64,000 nt of DNA from a virus (IMGVR_UViG_3300037067_027684:160001-224000); one strand, 5' to 3'. Shown: positions 30,125 to 39,862, counted from the stretch's first letter. Program-made: numbers and translations. The notes: generated from the sequence alone by a model not told the origin.

Positions 30125-30361
30125 TTAGTAGGTTGCTGCATCTCTGCGATTCCAGCAGTCAGCCATCTTTTGTTTGAGTTGGTCGGTATTTTGACCTTTT
30201 TCATGGAGGTCAAATTCATCGTAAATCACATGCATCGACCCGAAACAATCCTTATTCTTGCAGACTATATTGAGTGATGGGAATGATTTCATATTCCCGT
30301 ATGTTTCGGTGAATTTGGCTTCTGATCCACAGTGGGGGCATGGCTTTAGGGTCGGTTCCAC
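30125..30361 (-). CDS. Lar-family restriction-alleviation-like zinc-ribbon protein
   Basis: LKPCPHCG...CxxxxC...WNRR. Confidence 0.65.
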   Translation of the reverse strand: MEPTLKPCPHCGSEAKFTETYGNMKSFPSLNIVCKNKDCFGSMHVIYDEFDLHEKGQNTDQLKQKMADCWNRRDAATY

Positions 30362-30362
30362 G

Positions 30363-30656
30363 TTATTTCCTCTTTAACGTTCTGGATGCCATCCACATAG
30401 CTGTATCAATTGTTTCGTAACGGAGGTCGGACATTTGATCCCGATCATTGGCATTCCAATCTTTTGGTATTACTAGGTGTTTGTTGGCTTCAGCTAGCCA
30501 TTGGCTGAGCTTGACATAATTATGCTTCTCCCAATAGTGACCGTGGTTGATTATGTAGGAATGTTCATCGAACTTGGTGAAGTCAATTCCATCGTGATAA
30601 CCACGGATGAACTTCATTAGGTCTTTCTTGGTGAACTTCTTCATTTTGGGCTTCAT
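30363..30656 (-). CDS. hypothetical protein
   Basis: AAGGAGG RBS. Confidence 0.65.
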   Translation of the reverse strand: MKPKMKKFTKKDLMKFIRGYHDGIDFTKFDEHSYIINHGHYWEKHNYVKLSQWLAEANKHLVIPKDWNANDRDQMSDLRYETIDTAMWMASRTLKRK

Positions 30657-30846
30657 TTTTCCTCCTTAATAACTGAGACTTTGGGTACCCAGACTGCTCC
30701 TTTTTCGCCTTTGAATTTGACGAAAATCTTATTGTCGGTTCCGGCCCAATAGACTTTACCGGTTTTCTTTCCGTCTGCTGTTTTGATCTTGTCACCTTGG
30801 GTGAGGATTACTTGTTCTGGTTTCATCTTGATCCTTTCTTGTTAGC

Positions 30847-31509
30847 TCACTCATTCTTTAGCTCATTCATCATGGACCTGAGGCGCTCAAATTCGTTGTC
30901 TAAGGAGGCTCGATCTTCAATCCTGCCTGTACTTGGGTTGACCCATCTTAGTGTCTGTGCTGGTGGTCTTATTTCTGGTTTGGGTGTGGTTGGTTTATTA
31001 GGTCTAAACCAGAATTTACGAAAACGCCCCATTATAGTTCCAAACCAAGTTTTTCGATAATAATCAACTTCTGTTTCTGCTCCATCAATTAGATCCCTAA
31101 CGCGGGCATCTTCTTCAGCTTCGGCTGCGGCATCCCTAACGCGAGCATCCTCTTCAGCTTCGGCTGCGGCGATAAGGGCTTGCTGACGAATCCTACGTAA
31201 ACGATCCTTAATTTCTCGATTTTCTCTGTCCCTCTGAAGTATCCTCGTCATTTGGACAGCAGCATCATCAGGTCGTGGGAGTTGAACTACGGAACATGGT
31301 GTTCTTAATTCAGTTTGATCAACAACTGCCTTCTTCGTCTCGGATTCAGCAATAATACTATCAACAGCTTTGGAGAACTTCTCCAAAACTTCTAACTGAA
31401 CAGCCTTGTTGAGATTCTCAAAACTTTTAGTGAGCTTGGTGATCTGCTTAGTTAGTTCCTCAGATGGATTCTCACCAAAATCAAGCTTCCTATCACCAAG
31501 CTCACCCAT
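30847..31509 (-). CDS. coiled-coil protein with N-terminal ELGDRKLD tag and internal 13-aa repeat
   Basis: start MGELGDRKLDFG after GAGG; AAAEAEEDARVRD occurs twice. Confidence 0.7.
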   Translation of the reverse strand: MGELGDRKLDFGENPSEELTKQITKLTKSFENLNKAVQLEVLEKFSKAVDSIIAESETKKAVVDQTELRTPCSVVQLPRPDDAAVQMTRILQRDRENREIKDRLRRIRQQALIAAAEAEEDARVRDAAAEAEEDARVRDLIDGAETEVDYYRKTWFGTIMGRFRKFWFRPNKPTTPKPEIRPPAQTLRWVNPSTGRIEDRASLDNEFERLRSMMNELKNE

Positions 31510-31824
31510 GTGAACCTCACGCGACCCGCACTCTTCCGTAGTCCACGTCTGACACAATTTCATGACTCTCTAACCTGTCTAGCTCTTGCACCAAAGCGGA
31601 AAATTCCTCACTCGTATCCTCGTTAGTAAGATACCAAGCCATATACGCATCTTGGGCTAACGATTCGACTTCACGTACGTACTCAAGCATATTAATCCAT
31701 CCTTATAACAAGGACTCGGACCGACCCACCTTTGTTCGGTGGCAATTTAGACATAACCTCCACTGATCATCTCCAAAGCCAGGATAACCATGTTCGTCCA
31801 ACACCAAAAAGCGCTTCTTCTTGA

Positions 31825-32175
31825 TCATCTTACTGCTTCCTTTTCTGCTTCCATTTTCGACAACAGACGCTCTATTAGTTTATCCACGTTAAGATCACGC
31901 GAAAGGAATGAGTGATCACCAATACTGATTTTCAAATGATCTACCAAATACGCTTGAGCATTCTCATCCTTAGTGTCGCCCACAACCTGCTGAACCAAAT
32001 CATGACCAGCTCGGAGGAATGTCTTAGCAAGCTCAAGCTTACGCAGGTTACTGAGTTGTGATTCGTAAGACTCATCCTCAATCTCGTCAAGGCCGTCAAT
32101 CTCATCCTTGACATCTTGGATGTTGACATGGTAGAGCTGGTAGTGATGTGTCTTTGTGGTCCTTGTTTCTGCCAT
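31825..32175 (-). CDS. hypothetical protein
   Basis: AAGGAG RBS. Confidence 0.65.
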   Translation of the reverse strand: MAETRTTKTHHYQLYHVNIQDVKDEIDGLDEIEDESYESQLSNLRKLELAKTFLRAGHDLVQQVVGDTKDENAQAYLVDHLKISIGDHSFLSRDLNVDKLIERLLSKMEAEKEAVR

Positions 32176-32187
32176 TTTGAGTCTCCT

Positions 32188-33213
32188 TTAGAGTTTGCTC
32201 TTTGCCAAATAAGCAGGACTACGTTGTTTGAGGATTAACCTTTCAAGAGTCGGGTGTTTGATCACAAATCCCTCTCTATTGACAGCAGCAAGGCGACTCT
32301 GCCCGTCACTCATAACCTTGATAGACGATCCATTGAGGAATTCCCTCAATTTACCAACATAGAGAATTGGCACAACGTGTTCTTCTGGCATATTCTCAGC
32401 ACCGTAGAATTCTGTAACCTCCTTTTTGAATTCCTCAAAGGGGAGCCAATTGAAGTTGACCTTGATGTCAAACATCCGAACTTCATGCTCCTTTAGCTTA
32501 TAAATATTGTCTTGGATGCCAGGACCGATCATTTCACCGTAAACGGCGGCTGGCTTACCATATTTCTTATTGAGTTGTAGAGCAAATTCGGTTAGCCTGC
32601 ATCTTTTGGCAACCTTCCAGAAGGTGTGTTCATCACCCCCAATCGGGATTATAGTTTTGTTATGTTGATTCACCATAATCTCACCAGAGTTAGCGAAGGT
32701 ACTGAAGTTGGTGCCCTCTAACTTCTCTGTGATGACTACTTCTTGGTCCATGAGGAGTTGTGCTACATCAACATGACGATCAGCGCTCTCGATGTCGTAG
32801 GCTGACAAGCCATCAGGGAGGGGCAGTAGCTTGGCATTGTCACAAATTATTTCTGGTGGTTCATATTTGGTGACGCCAAGGTAATTGGTGATTTCTTCTG
32901 GCTTGAGGTCGTTTGGGATCAGGTCTGTTTTGCTTACTATTCCTTGGCTGATTTGACCTCTTAGTTTGACTGTTTTGATCCTATTCATTTCTTTTCCGGC
33001 TAGCTTCCCAGTTAGGCCGAGTTTTTCGATGAGAGGGGCTGGGAGCAAGGAGTCTACTGGGAAGTAGAGGCATTCTTCACCAATTGTAAATTGTCCTTTG
33101 CCGATAACGAATTGGAAGTCCATTCCTTCTAGGGATGCTAGTTCTATGCGGTCGGCATCTTTGATTGGTGAGATTGTTTTGATTTTCTCTTTGGTTACTC
33201 CGAAGAATGACAT
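32188..33213 (-). CDS. RNA ligase, DRB0094 (Rnl5-like) family
   Basis: N-terminal PIKDADRIE...YFPVDSLLP...LRGQISQG domain; ligase motifs TEKLEG, YGE, EGFVIK. Confidence 0.9.
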   Translation of the reverse strand: MSFFGVTKEKIKTISPIKDADRIELASLEGMDFQFVIGKGQFTIGEECLYFPVDSLLPAPLIEKLGLTGKLAGKEMNRIKTVKLRGQISQGIVSKTDLIPNDLKPEEITNYLGVTKYEPPEIICDNAKLLPLPDGLSAYDIESADRHVDVAQLLMDQEVVITEKLEGTNFSTFANSGEIMVNQHNKTIIPIGGDEHTFWKVAKRCRLTEFALQLNKKYGKPAAVYGEMIGPGIQDNIYKLKEHEVRMFDIKVNFNWLPFEEFKKEVTEFYGAENMPEEHVVPILYVGKLREFLNGSSIKVMSDGQSRLAAVNREGFVIKHPTLERLILKQRSPAYLAKSKL

Positions 33214-33222
33214 TTGGGCCTC

Positions 33223-34086
33223 CTAGTATTTCTCGTAGTATTCACAGTATCCCTTATTGCAGGATTGCAACCATTCTGCAAATTCAGGATCACACTTGGG
33301 TAATTTGGTCTTCCAAGCGTTTGCGTAGACATTACCGTAGTGTTGTACGAATTTATTTTCTTGATCCCTAGGTCGTTGCATTTCGGCGTAGTTAGAGAGG
33401 TAGAGCATACAAGGGAATTTGCATAACCAGAATGGGTTGAACCTCACATGGGGGTGAAGGTCGATTGCTTGCAATCTGGTGAGTAACCCTTCTCTGCCGT
33501 CTAGGTGGCATTGGCGGTACCATCTTTGGGCGGGGTAGGGCTTTCCATCAGGGAAATCTCTCATTAGGTCTTGGTATTTCTCGTCTTCGAAGAAGAGTCC
33601 TCCGGAGCAGTGGTCGGCTGCTTGGTAGAGTTCGTTTACTATTTGGTGTTGTTTGTCGCGTGACACTTCTGGCATGTCAGTGAAGATTTCGAAATTGACT
33701 CCTAGGTCGTTGACATGCTTCTCACATAGGGTGTGGGAGGTTATGTGTAGGTAGATGCCTCGTTTTTTGGACCAGTAGAATCGTTCTTCTTCGTGTTGGA
33801 TTTTTGGTTCTGCGGTGTAGTTGGGTGAGTAGTCGAAGTTGGCTTGGTAGACTAGTTTGAATCCTAGTAGGGATTCTTCTAGGAGTTTACAGGCTTCGTC
33901 GAAGTCTAGTCCTGATCGGGTGTCGTTTATGTCTTTGAGGAATTGTTGTTTGCGTTGGTTGTGGACTAGGAACATTCCTAGTCCTAGTCTTTGGGCGTCA
34001 CTGTTTTGGTCGTGTATGCTGGTGCCTGTGAGTTTTTCGGCTTGGTCTAGGGGGTCGAATCTCATGATTTCATCGAATTGGCTCAT
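33223..34086 (-). CDS. hypothetical protein
   Basis: AGGAGG RBS; 287 aa. Confidence 0.75.
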   Translation of the reverse strand: MSQFDEIMRFDPLDQAEKLTGTSIHDQNSDAQRLGLGMFLVHNQRKQQFLKDINDTRSGLDFDEACKLLEESLLGFKLVYQANFDYSPNYTAEPKIQHEEERFYWSKKRGIYLHITSHTLCEKHVNDLGVNFEIFTDMPEVSRDKQHQIVNELYQAADHCSGGLFFEDEKYQDLMRDFPDGKPYPAQRWYRQCHLDGREGLLTRLQAIDLHPHVRFNPFWLCKFPCMLYLSNYAEMQRPRDQENKFVQHYGNVYANAWKTKLPKCDPEFAEWLQSCNKGYCEYYEKY

Positions 34087-34140
34087 GGTGCTCCTCCTGT
34101 TAAAGGTCGTATCGTATTGGGGCATTGGGTTAAGTATTTG

Positions 34141-34356
34141 ATGACAATGGATAAAACTGAAGATCTTCTACATAATTGGAAGTTGTTGAGACAACTGCGT
34201 GATGACGCACTTAAAGAGAGAGCTAAATGTCCGACAGATTTTTCGGTCACTGACATAAGACGTGATGTTCTGCTCCAGTTGGCTTCTAGTATTGATCATC
34301 TTCTTTCGTGGTCGCCGCCAAGTACATGGAAAGAAGATCATCTCGATAACCGGTAA
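34141..34356 (+). CDS. small counter-oriented hypothetical protein
   Basis: MTMDKTEDLL...; its TAA starts GC-rich element 3. Confidence 0.55.
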   Translation: MTMDKTEDLLHNWKLLRQLRDDALKERAKCPTDFSVTDIRRDVLLQLASSIDHLLSWSPPSTWKEDHLDNR

Positions 34357-34480
34357 ACGTGACGATTGAACGCGGGGCGGATGGTATGGGGATACCGCCC
34401 GTGCGGGGCTATTTGCACCGCATTGAGTGGTGGTCAATTACCGGTAAAGTCCGGTGGCGGTACGGCGGCTGGTCGTGGTG
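34353..34480 (+). repeat. GC-rich ~130-bp dispersed element, copy 3 (inverted)
   Basis: GTAAAC-N24-GGTATGGGGATACCGCC...TCAATTACCGGTAAAGTCCGG. Confidence 0.8.
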
Positions 34481-35129
34481 CTTGGCCTTCTATTCAAGTT
34501 TTAGACCTCTCCTGTACTCCCTTCGGGGGACCACCCCTAGACTCTATAATTTCACGTCCGCAATTGGTTTTCATAGCCAAGTATTTCTCCTACGAGACGT
34601 GCCGCCCATTTGGGTGGGTTCCAAAGAGAAACGGTCGGATTGTTGCATGCTTCGATTTGCTGTACGACTCTTTCGGTGAATCTGACTTTGGTGCCTCTGG
34701 CTAGATGTCGTACTACGTTGAGTCTTGCGATGCTCATAATTCCTCCTATGGGTCAATGTTCAAGCAATATCCACACCAGCTACAGAAATTGAAACCTTGC
34801 ATTCCCCAATGACCACATTCACTCCTTAACGTTTTGAATTTCATCCTGATTTTTTCTTCTTCGTCTCTGTGTCTTTGATTTTCTTTTCGATATTGGCGTT
34901 CTAGTCTTTGTCGCTTTTTGATTATCTTGGTGACCCAGATTGGTTTATTTGGTGTCATTTGGGCACCGCTCGTCTTCCTTTTTGGCCCACCCAACCAAAA
35001 AGCCATGTACGCCATGGACGCTCGATGTTTCATATAGAACTTGGTTTCCACGCATGACTTTAAAGCGTACTCCAATTATAATCTCTAGGTGCAAATCACG
35101 CGCTATGCTCTCACTGACCTTCATGGTTC

Positions 35130-35387
35130 TCAGGATTTCTTCGTCGTGCATTTCTTTCTCCTCTTTCTCTTTATGCAGTAACCATATACATCCCAAAACT
35201 TCTCACCAGTTCTATATGCCTTCCAAGCCTCCTGCGCAGCTTCCGCTGCTGTGCTGCCATAACCTCGCAATTCCCAGGTATCTCCGTCACTATCCATTAC
35301 GTGAGCAAAGGATCTGAAGTCTTTATCTTTCTCATCGAATTTACACTGGATAACGATGTTGAGAAACATGGGTTCAAGCTTTTTCAT
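35130..35387 (-). CDS. hypothetical protein
   Basis: starts with duplicated 23-nt MKKLEPM block. Confidence 0.6.
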   Translation of the reverse strand: MKKLEPMFLNIVIQCKFDEKDKDFRSFAHVMDSDGDTWELRGYGSTAAEAAQEAWKAYRTGEKFWDVYGYCIKRKRRKKCTTKKS

Positions 35388-35538
35388 TTTTCGTAATTAG
35401 ACGAGCATCGTGCGTCTCACACTCGTTGTGATCGTCGTAAGCTGTTTGAGCAAAACGACGGTGTTCACGGATACTCTCTTTGATTTGATCTTCTAGGGAT
35501 TTCTTTGGTTTCCTCTTCATGGGTTCAAGCTTTTTCAT

Positions 35539-35904
35539 TTAACTCTCCAGATTAAATTTCAGATCTTGAAATGAACCCTTAACACCCAAAGTATCAACAC
35601 GACGCCAATGATTCTTATTCCAGATAAGAATCACAACTTCCTCAAATCCACCAAAATCATCATCCTTACCAGCATAGGCAATAATCATAGGCACAGAATC
35701 TTTCTCCTTCACAGGGACAACCTCCAGCATTTCATCTAGAATCTCGGTTGGCCCATGAGTCATCCCAAACGACTTGCCGTCGCTGGTATTACCAGTAGCA
35801 TAAGTTGTCTTGTCTGGCCTTTTCCGTTTTTCTTCTTGCTTCCGGAGCGAAGACGGGGTATACTCTTGTGGGATGTTGTCAAAATCGAATTTGGCTTCGC
35901 TCAT
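35539..35904 (-). CDS. hypothetical protein
   Basis: GGAGG RBS. Confidence 0.65.
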   Translation of the reverse strand: MSEAKFDFDNIPQEYTPSSLRKQEEKRKRPDKTTYATGNTSDGKSFGMTHGPTEILDEMLEVVPVKEKDSVPMIIAYAGKDDDFGGFEEVVILIWNKNHWRRVDTLGVKGSFQDLKFNLES

Positions 35905-36219
35905 AGAATCCTCCGGTGGGTTCTATCATTTCTAAAACCAGACTCAATTAGTCTCTCCACCCTCTAGAGTTAAAGAAGTAGGTCCCGTTCTGATTATGAA
36001 AGTGCAGAAGATGGAATTCATCGTACTTTTCACCAGTTAGGACTTTGGTCCCCAACCTAGGATTAGTCAACTTTGTCTCGCAGAAACTGAGTTCCAAATC
36101 TTCTTGTTGACTAATCCTCCCTATGAACTTTTCCTTTTCTTCAAGAGTAAGCCACCCAGGAATGACACCAACCATAGGGTTCATCTTTGATCTGGTGAGA
36201 GTGACGATGGTGACTTTCA

Positions 36220-36495
36220 TTAGTCCTCCCGCACGACAACAGTTTTACCATTACTTTCCTGATGAAGCTCCGAAACGCCACATCCAGTAATTGCAAGATA
36301 CTCCTTACCAGAATTCTTATCCTTCAAAATAAGAATCTCACGCTTATTGTTGTCATAACCGGCCTGGAATGAACCATAAGACGTGACTTCAAACCTCTCT
36401 GGTGCTTTCTCAACGGAAATGGCGTTCTTCTTTTCGATTATCTTCTCTTCCTCACAACCACAGAGGAAAAGCAGTGCTACGATGAGAATCCTCAT
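36220..36495 (-). CDS. putative lipoprotein
   Basis: MRILIVALLFLCGC lipobox-like N-terminus. Confidence 0.6.
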   Translation of the reverse strand: MRILIVALLFLCGCEEEKIIEKKNAISVEKAPERFEVTSYGSFQAGYDNNKREILILKDKNSGKEYLAITGCGVSELHQESNGKTVVVRED

Positions 36496-36919
36496 GTTAA
36501 CCTCCGAGCCAATGTTGGATGCAAGTTGCGTTAGGGATGCTTATCCTGTAAATGCATTTACCATCTTCAGTGGTGACTTCGATGTCTCCTTCATGAAGGT
36601 GGTCAATCATTATTTCTATTGCGTCTTTCAATAGTTGTTTGACGAATTCTGCATCAGATCCTTCGCCGATGTGTTTTTGGTAGTGTTTGGCTTTGATGTC
36701 AACTCGGAACATTTTATTCCCCGCTTGTCTGCTTGGTTATGTTCCATGGAATTGGAGGCTTCATATCGTCCAAAACCTCAGTTTTCATGTAACTGAGGGC
36801 AAGTTCTGCGCCAATACACATTGCTGAGAGGATAAGGTTGTAGTCACCCTCGTCTGGCTTGCCACCAAAACGTTCCTTGGCGAATTTTCTGGCTGCTTCT
36901 TGCAGTCTTTCATTCGCGG

Positions 36920-37405
36920 TCATTTGTTTTCTCCAAATTCTGTTTTGAGTTTCAGAAATTGCTGATATCGATCAGCCTTCTGTTCTTCTTCTTTCTTGGT
37001 TCGGGCTGCTTTAATCTTGTCTCGGTAATTAGACCAATACTTGGCCCAAACAGTATCCCTGTCAGCTTTATCTAGGCAAAGCCAGTGGGATGGGAATCTG
37101 TAATCCCAATCATCATTAACATTATTGTCTCTATCACAAAAGTTTAGTAGAATATCTTCGCCTTCTACTTCAAAACCAGCATAATTACGCATATAAATGC
37201 GACGTGAATTGTGTTGGAATTCCCACCTACCGTAACCAATCTCCTTGAACAACATGTCTCGTTGGGTAACGTCGAATGCCTCAAGTTCTGTAACCAGATT
37301 CGAAACAAGAGGTGTGATTGTTGCCATGGCTTCTGCGAGTGCTTCTTTGGCTTGATTGATTTTCGCCAAATTGTCCTTAATTTGAACGATTGTGTCTGTA
37401 GTCAT
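36920..37405 (-). CDS. hypothetical protein
   Basis: AGGAG RBS. Confidence 0.7.
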   Translation of the reverse strand: MTTDTIVQIKDNLAKINQAKEALAEAMATITPLVSNLVTELEAFDVTQRDMLFKEIGYGRWEFQHNSRRIYMRNYAGFEVEGEDILLNFCDRDNNVNDDWDYRFPSHWLCLDKADRDTVWAKYWSNYRDKIKAARTKKEEEQKADRYQQFLKLKTEFGENK

Positions 37406-37414
37406 TGCTCTCTC

Positions 37415-37918
37415 CTAATAAATGTTCAGGCCGACTTGGATACCTTCGGCCAGGGGGCCTGACCAAATTTCAGTGTGATTTTCGTTTTTGAGTTGTTGAT
37501 CTGGTAATGCAAGCAGAGCAGCGGCTAACTCGTGAGTAGAGATGTTTTTATTACTGAGCAGCTCTACTGCCTCTTGTACTGAAAGCGTTTTGGGTTGGTC
37601 CTTACTCATTTGCCATCCTCCTGAAAAATGTTTAGCGGTATCCTTAAACTTCTTCCTCAACTTGAACTGAATAGCCTTACCAACGTCATCAATGCTCCAC
37701 TTCTTCCTCACACAATACGAGAATAAGCAAACCAGAGCGTCAGCCATTTCGTGGATGTCATCTGGGGCATCTTCTAGCTCTGAGACCTCACCATGAGCGT
37801 ACTTGAGGATATCTTCGTCTGGGAAGAACCCACACTTCCATCCTTTCACATGCTCGGCATGATTTTCCTCTAGGATTCTTAATTCTTTGCAAGCTTTAAG
37901 GAATTCATCTCCGTGCAT
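37415..37918 (-). CDS. DUF550/MazG-like nucleotide pyrophosphohydrolase
   Basis: EVSELEDAPDDIHEMAD (ExxE...ExxD) all-alpha NTP-PPase motif. Confidence 0.65.
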   Translation of the reverse strand: MHGDEFLKACKELRILEENHAEHVKGWKCGFFPDEDILKYAHGEVSELEDAPDDIHEMADALVCLFSYCVRKKWSIDDVGKAIQFKLRKKFKDTAKHFSGGWQMSKDQPKTLSVQEAVELLSNKNISTHELAAALLALPDQQLKNENHTEIWSGPLAEGIQVGLNIY

Positions 37919-38374
37919 GTGAAACTCCTAAGCGATGTGGGTGGTTGCCCAAACTCGTTCCTGTCCAACCAAACCACCACTATGTTCCCATCTTTCCCAA
38001 TGATCACCATGGGAATTATAGGGAAGCTGATTGTGAATGAATCGGACGATATCGACAATGTGTTTCTCATTGTGGTCGTCAGCTTGGTGGATTGATTCGA
38101 ATAGTTCATGCTTCAGGACCGCCATTAGGAAGTCTCCAGGGTCTCTGGCGAAGAAGAGCCAGTTCCCTAGTCCTTCGATTGTGGATTGCTTAATTCCCTT
38201 GTGGTAGGGGTTTTGCATTTGCACTGTTACCCATTGGTTAAATCTTTCTTGTTCGGTCATTTCTTTCTCCTTATATAAAGAGGACCCCCAGGGAGTAGGG
38301 TTCTGGGGGTCCTCGTGAGGGTAATTGGACGATTGATCGTTCGGGTTTATTCGAGGCTGCAGCCTCCCCGCCAA

Positions 38375-38689
38375 CTACCCCCATAGACTCACCTTTGTTT
38401 TACCCACAACGGGCAACTCCAAAAGTTTCTCTAAAGCCTGCTTACACTCATCAGAACAACCAATACCCAACGTCGATGACCAAGCATCATCCAACTTAAC
38501 TCGCTTATCAAAAACTGTGATATAACCAGCACCAATAACCTTCCTATCTTTACTCATAGCACGATGGGAAGGTGAGAATGGCGTTACTAACGAGAATTCA
38601 AATTCACCATTCTCAAGCTGAATGAATCGATATAGGTAATCGAGCTTCAATTCAGGTTTCATTCGAATCCCCAAAGAAGAACTTGACAT
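38375..38689 (-). CDS. hypothetical protein
   Basis: tiling ORF. Confidence 0.55.
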   Translation of the reverse strand: MSSSSLGIRMKPELKLDYLYRFIQLENGEFEFSLVTPFSPSHRAMSKDRKVIGAGYITVFDKRVKLDDAWSSTLGIGCSDECKQALEKLLELPVVGKTKVSLWG

Positions 38690-39389
38690 ATGGGTCAGCC
38701 TTCAGCATATCCATATCAGAAGGGCTAACCTTAAAAAGACTCTTGATTCTAGCGTAGCCATCAGAGGTATTTATACGCTTGTTCGCTAAGCAGAATTCGG
38801 GTGTGGTTTTCTTAATGTGAGCCTCCAGATTGTTAATTTTATCCAGCCTGAATAGAACTAGTTGGAATCCCGATCCTTTGATAACTGTTAAGCCGTTTTT
38901 CTGGTCAAATTCATGCTCTAGGATGTTGATTCCTGTACAAGTTTCTATTAGCTTGAATTGTTTAACGTAGCTGAAGGATGACCATGGTTCAGCATTATAG
39001 AGGTTGCAGATGAAGTTCTGTTGAAGTTCTAGTGTTAGAATTTCTGTGTAGTGGGTCATTAGGCTGAGGTACCAGGAGATTGGGTCTCTGAATCCTGTGT
39101 ATATTGTGATTTCTTTGGGGTTTGTTCTTAGCCTGTGTTGGATGAAGTGTTCCATTCCCCAGCCGTTTTCGCGGAGGATGTGTCCGTTGGTGACGTAGTG
39201 CCATGTTGATTCGTTGGTGTGGGCGTGGATTGCTTTAATACCCAAGTTTCTGAATCCGTCTGCTATTGAGGTTGTGCCGCATTTTGGTAGGGATAGGACG
39301 AAGATGTCGGTGTTGGGGATTTCGCTTAGGTTGCCGATGTCTTCTTGTTGGTATTCATAGGTTTTCAGAGATTCTTCAAAGGTCATCAT
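38652..39389 (-). CDS. sulfotransferase-fold protein
   Basis: SLPKCGTTS (5'-PSB loop) and RDPISWYLS (3'-PB motif). Confidence 0.75.
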   Translation of the reverse strand: MMTFEESLKTYEYQQEDIGNLSEIPNTDIFVLSLPKCGTTSIADGFRNLGIKAIHAHTNESTWHYVTNGHILRENGWGMEHFIQHRLRTNPKEITIYTGFRDPISWYLSLMTHYTEILTLELQQNFICNLYNAEPWSSFSYVKQFKLIETCTGINILEHEFDQKNGLTVIKGSGFQLVLFRLDKINNLEAHIKKTTPEFCLANKRINTSDGYARIKSLFKVSPSDMDMLKADPYVKFFFGDSNET

Positions 39390-39409
39390 TTTCTCCGACG
39401 TATTTTCGA

Positions 39410-39862
39410 TTATCCGCCAAAGCTGGTTACATCTTCCATGGCAACCATTAGTGGGATTTTATATTTAATATTCCCACCATCAACATGGAGGACTATTCCG
39501 CCCTCAATGGATTCGACTTTCTCTAAAGTTGAAAAGTCCAAGTCAAGAGGCCATGGTTTATTGCAACGGGTACCCAACACCAGATTTTCCAATTGCCTTT
39601 GCTTATCTGCAAAACCTTCGATAAAAGTAAGGATCTTCTTCTCAAATTGGACTATCCTATCGATCCAAGCGACAATGTTTTTATCGTGTTCACAACATTC
39701 GTGGAGCCATTCTCCAACTTCATCTCCGAACAGGTCGTTGACTCCGCCTTTGGTGGTTGCTTCGATTACTTCGCTCCGAGTGTAGCTTTTGCCGTCAATG
39801 ACCCATCCACAGTGGTCTGGGTCTTTGTGGTCTTGCCACGCGGTGATTTTGTATTTAGTCAT
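39410..39862 (-). CDS. hypothetical protein
   Basis: tiling ORF. Confidence 0.65.
   Translation of the reverse strand: MTKYKITAWQDHKDPDHCGWVIDGKSYTRSEVIEATTKGGVNDLFGDEVGEWLHECCEHDKNIVAWIDRIVQFEKKILTFIEGFADKQRQLENLVLGTRCNKPWPLDLDFSTLEKVESIEGGIVLHVDGGNIKYKIPLMVAMEDVTSFGG

Noticed and set aside
31100-31171. 39-bp repeats here and at 63284-63347 as CRISPR or VNTR arrays
   Set aside because: Only two units each, in frame within coding sequence; no spacers or cas genes.
152-34480. GC-rich elements as integron attC sites
   Set aside because: They start at stop codons like attC, but lack the end-to-end inverted repeat and a GTTRRRY end, and no integron integrase is visible.
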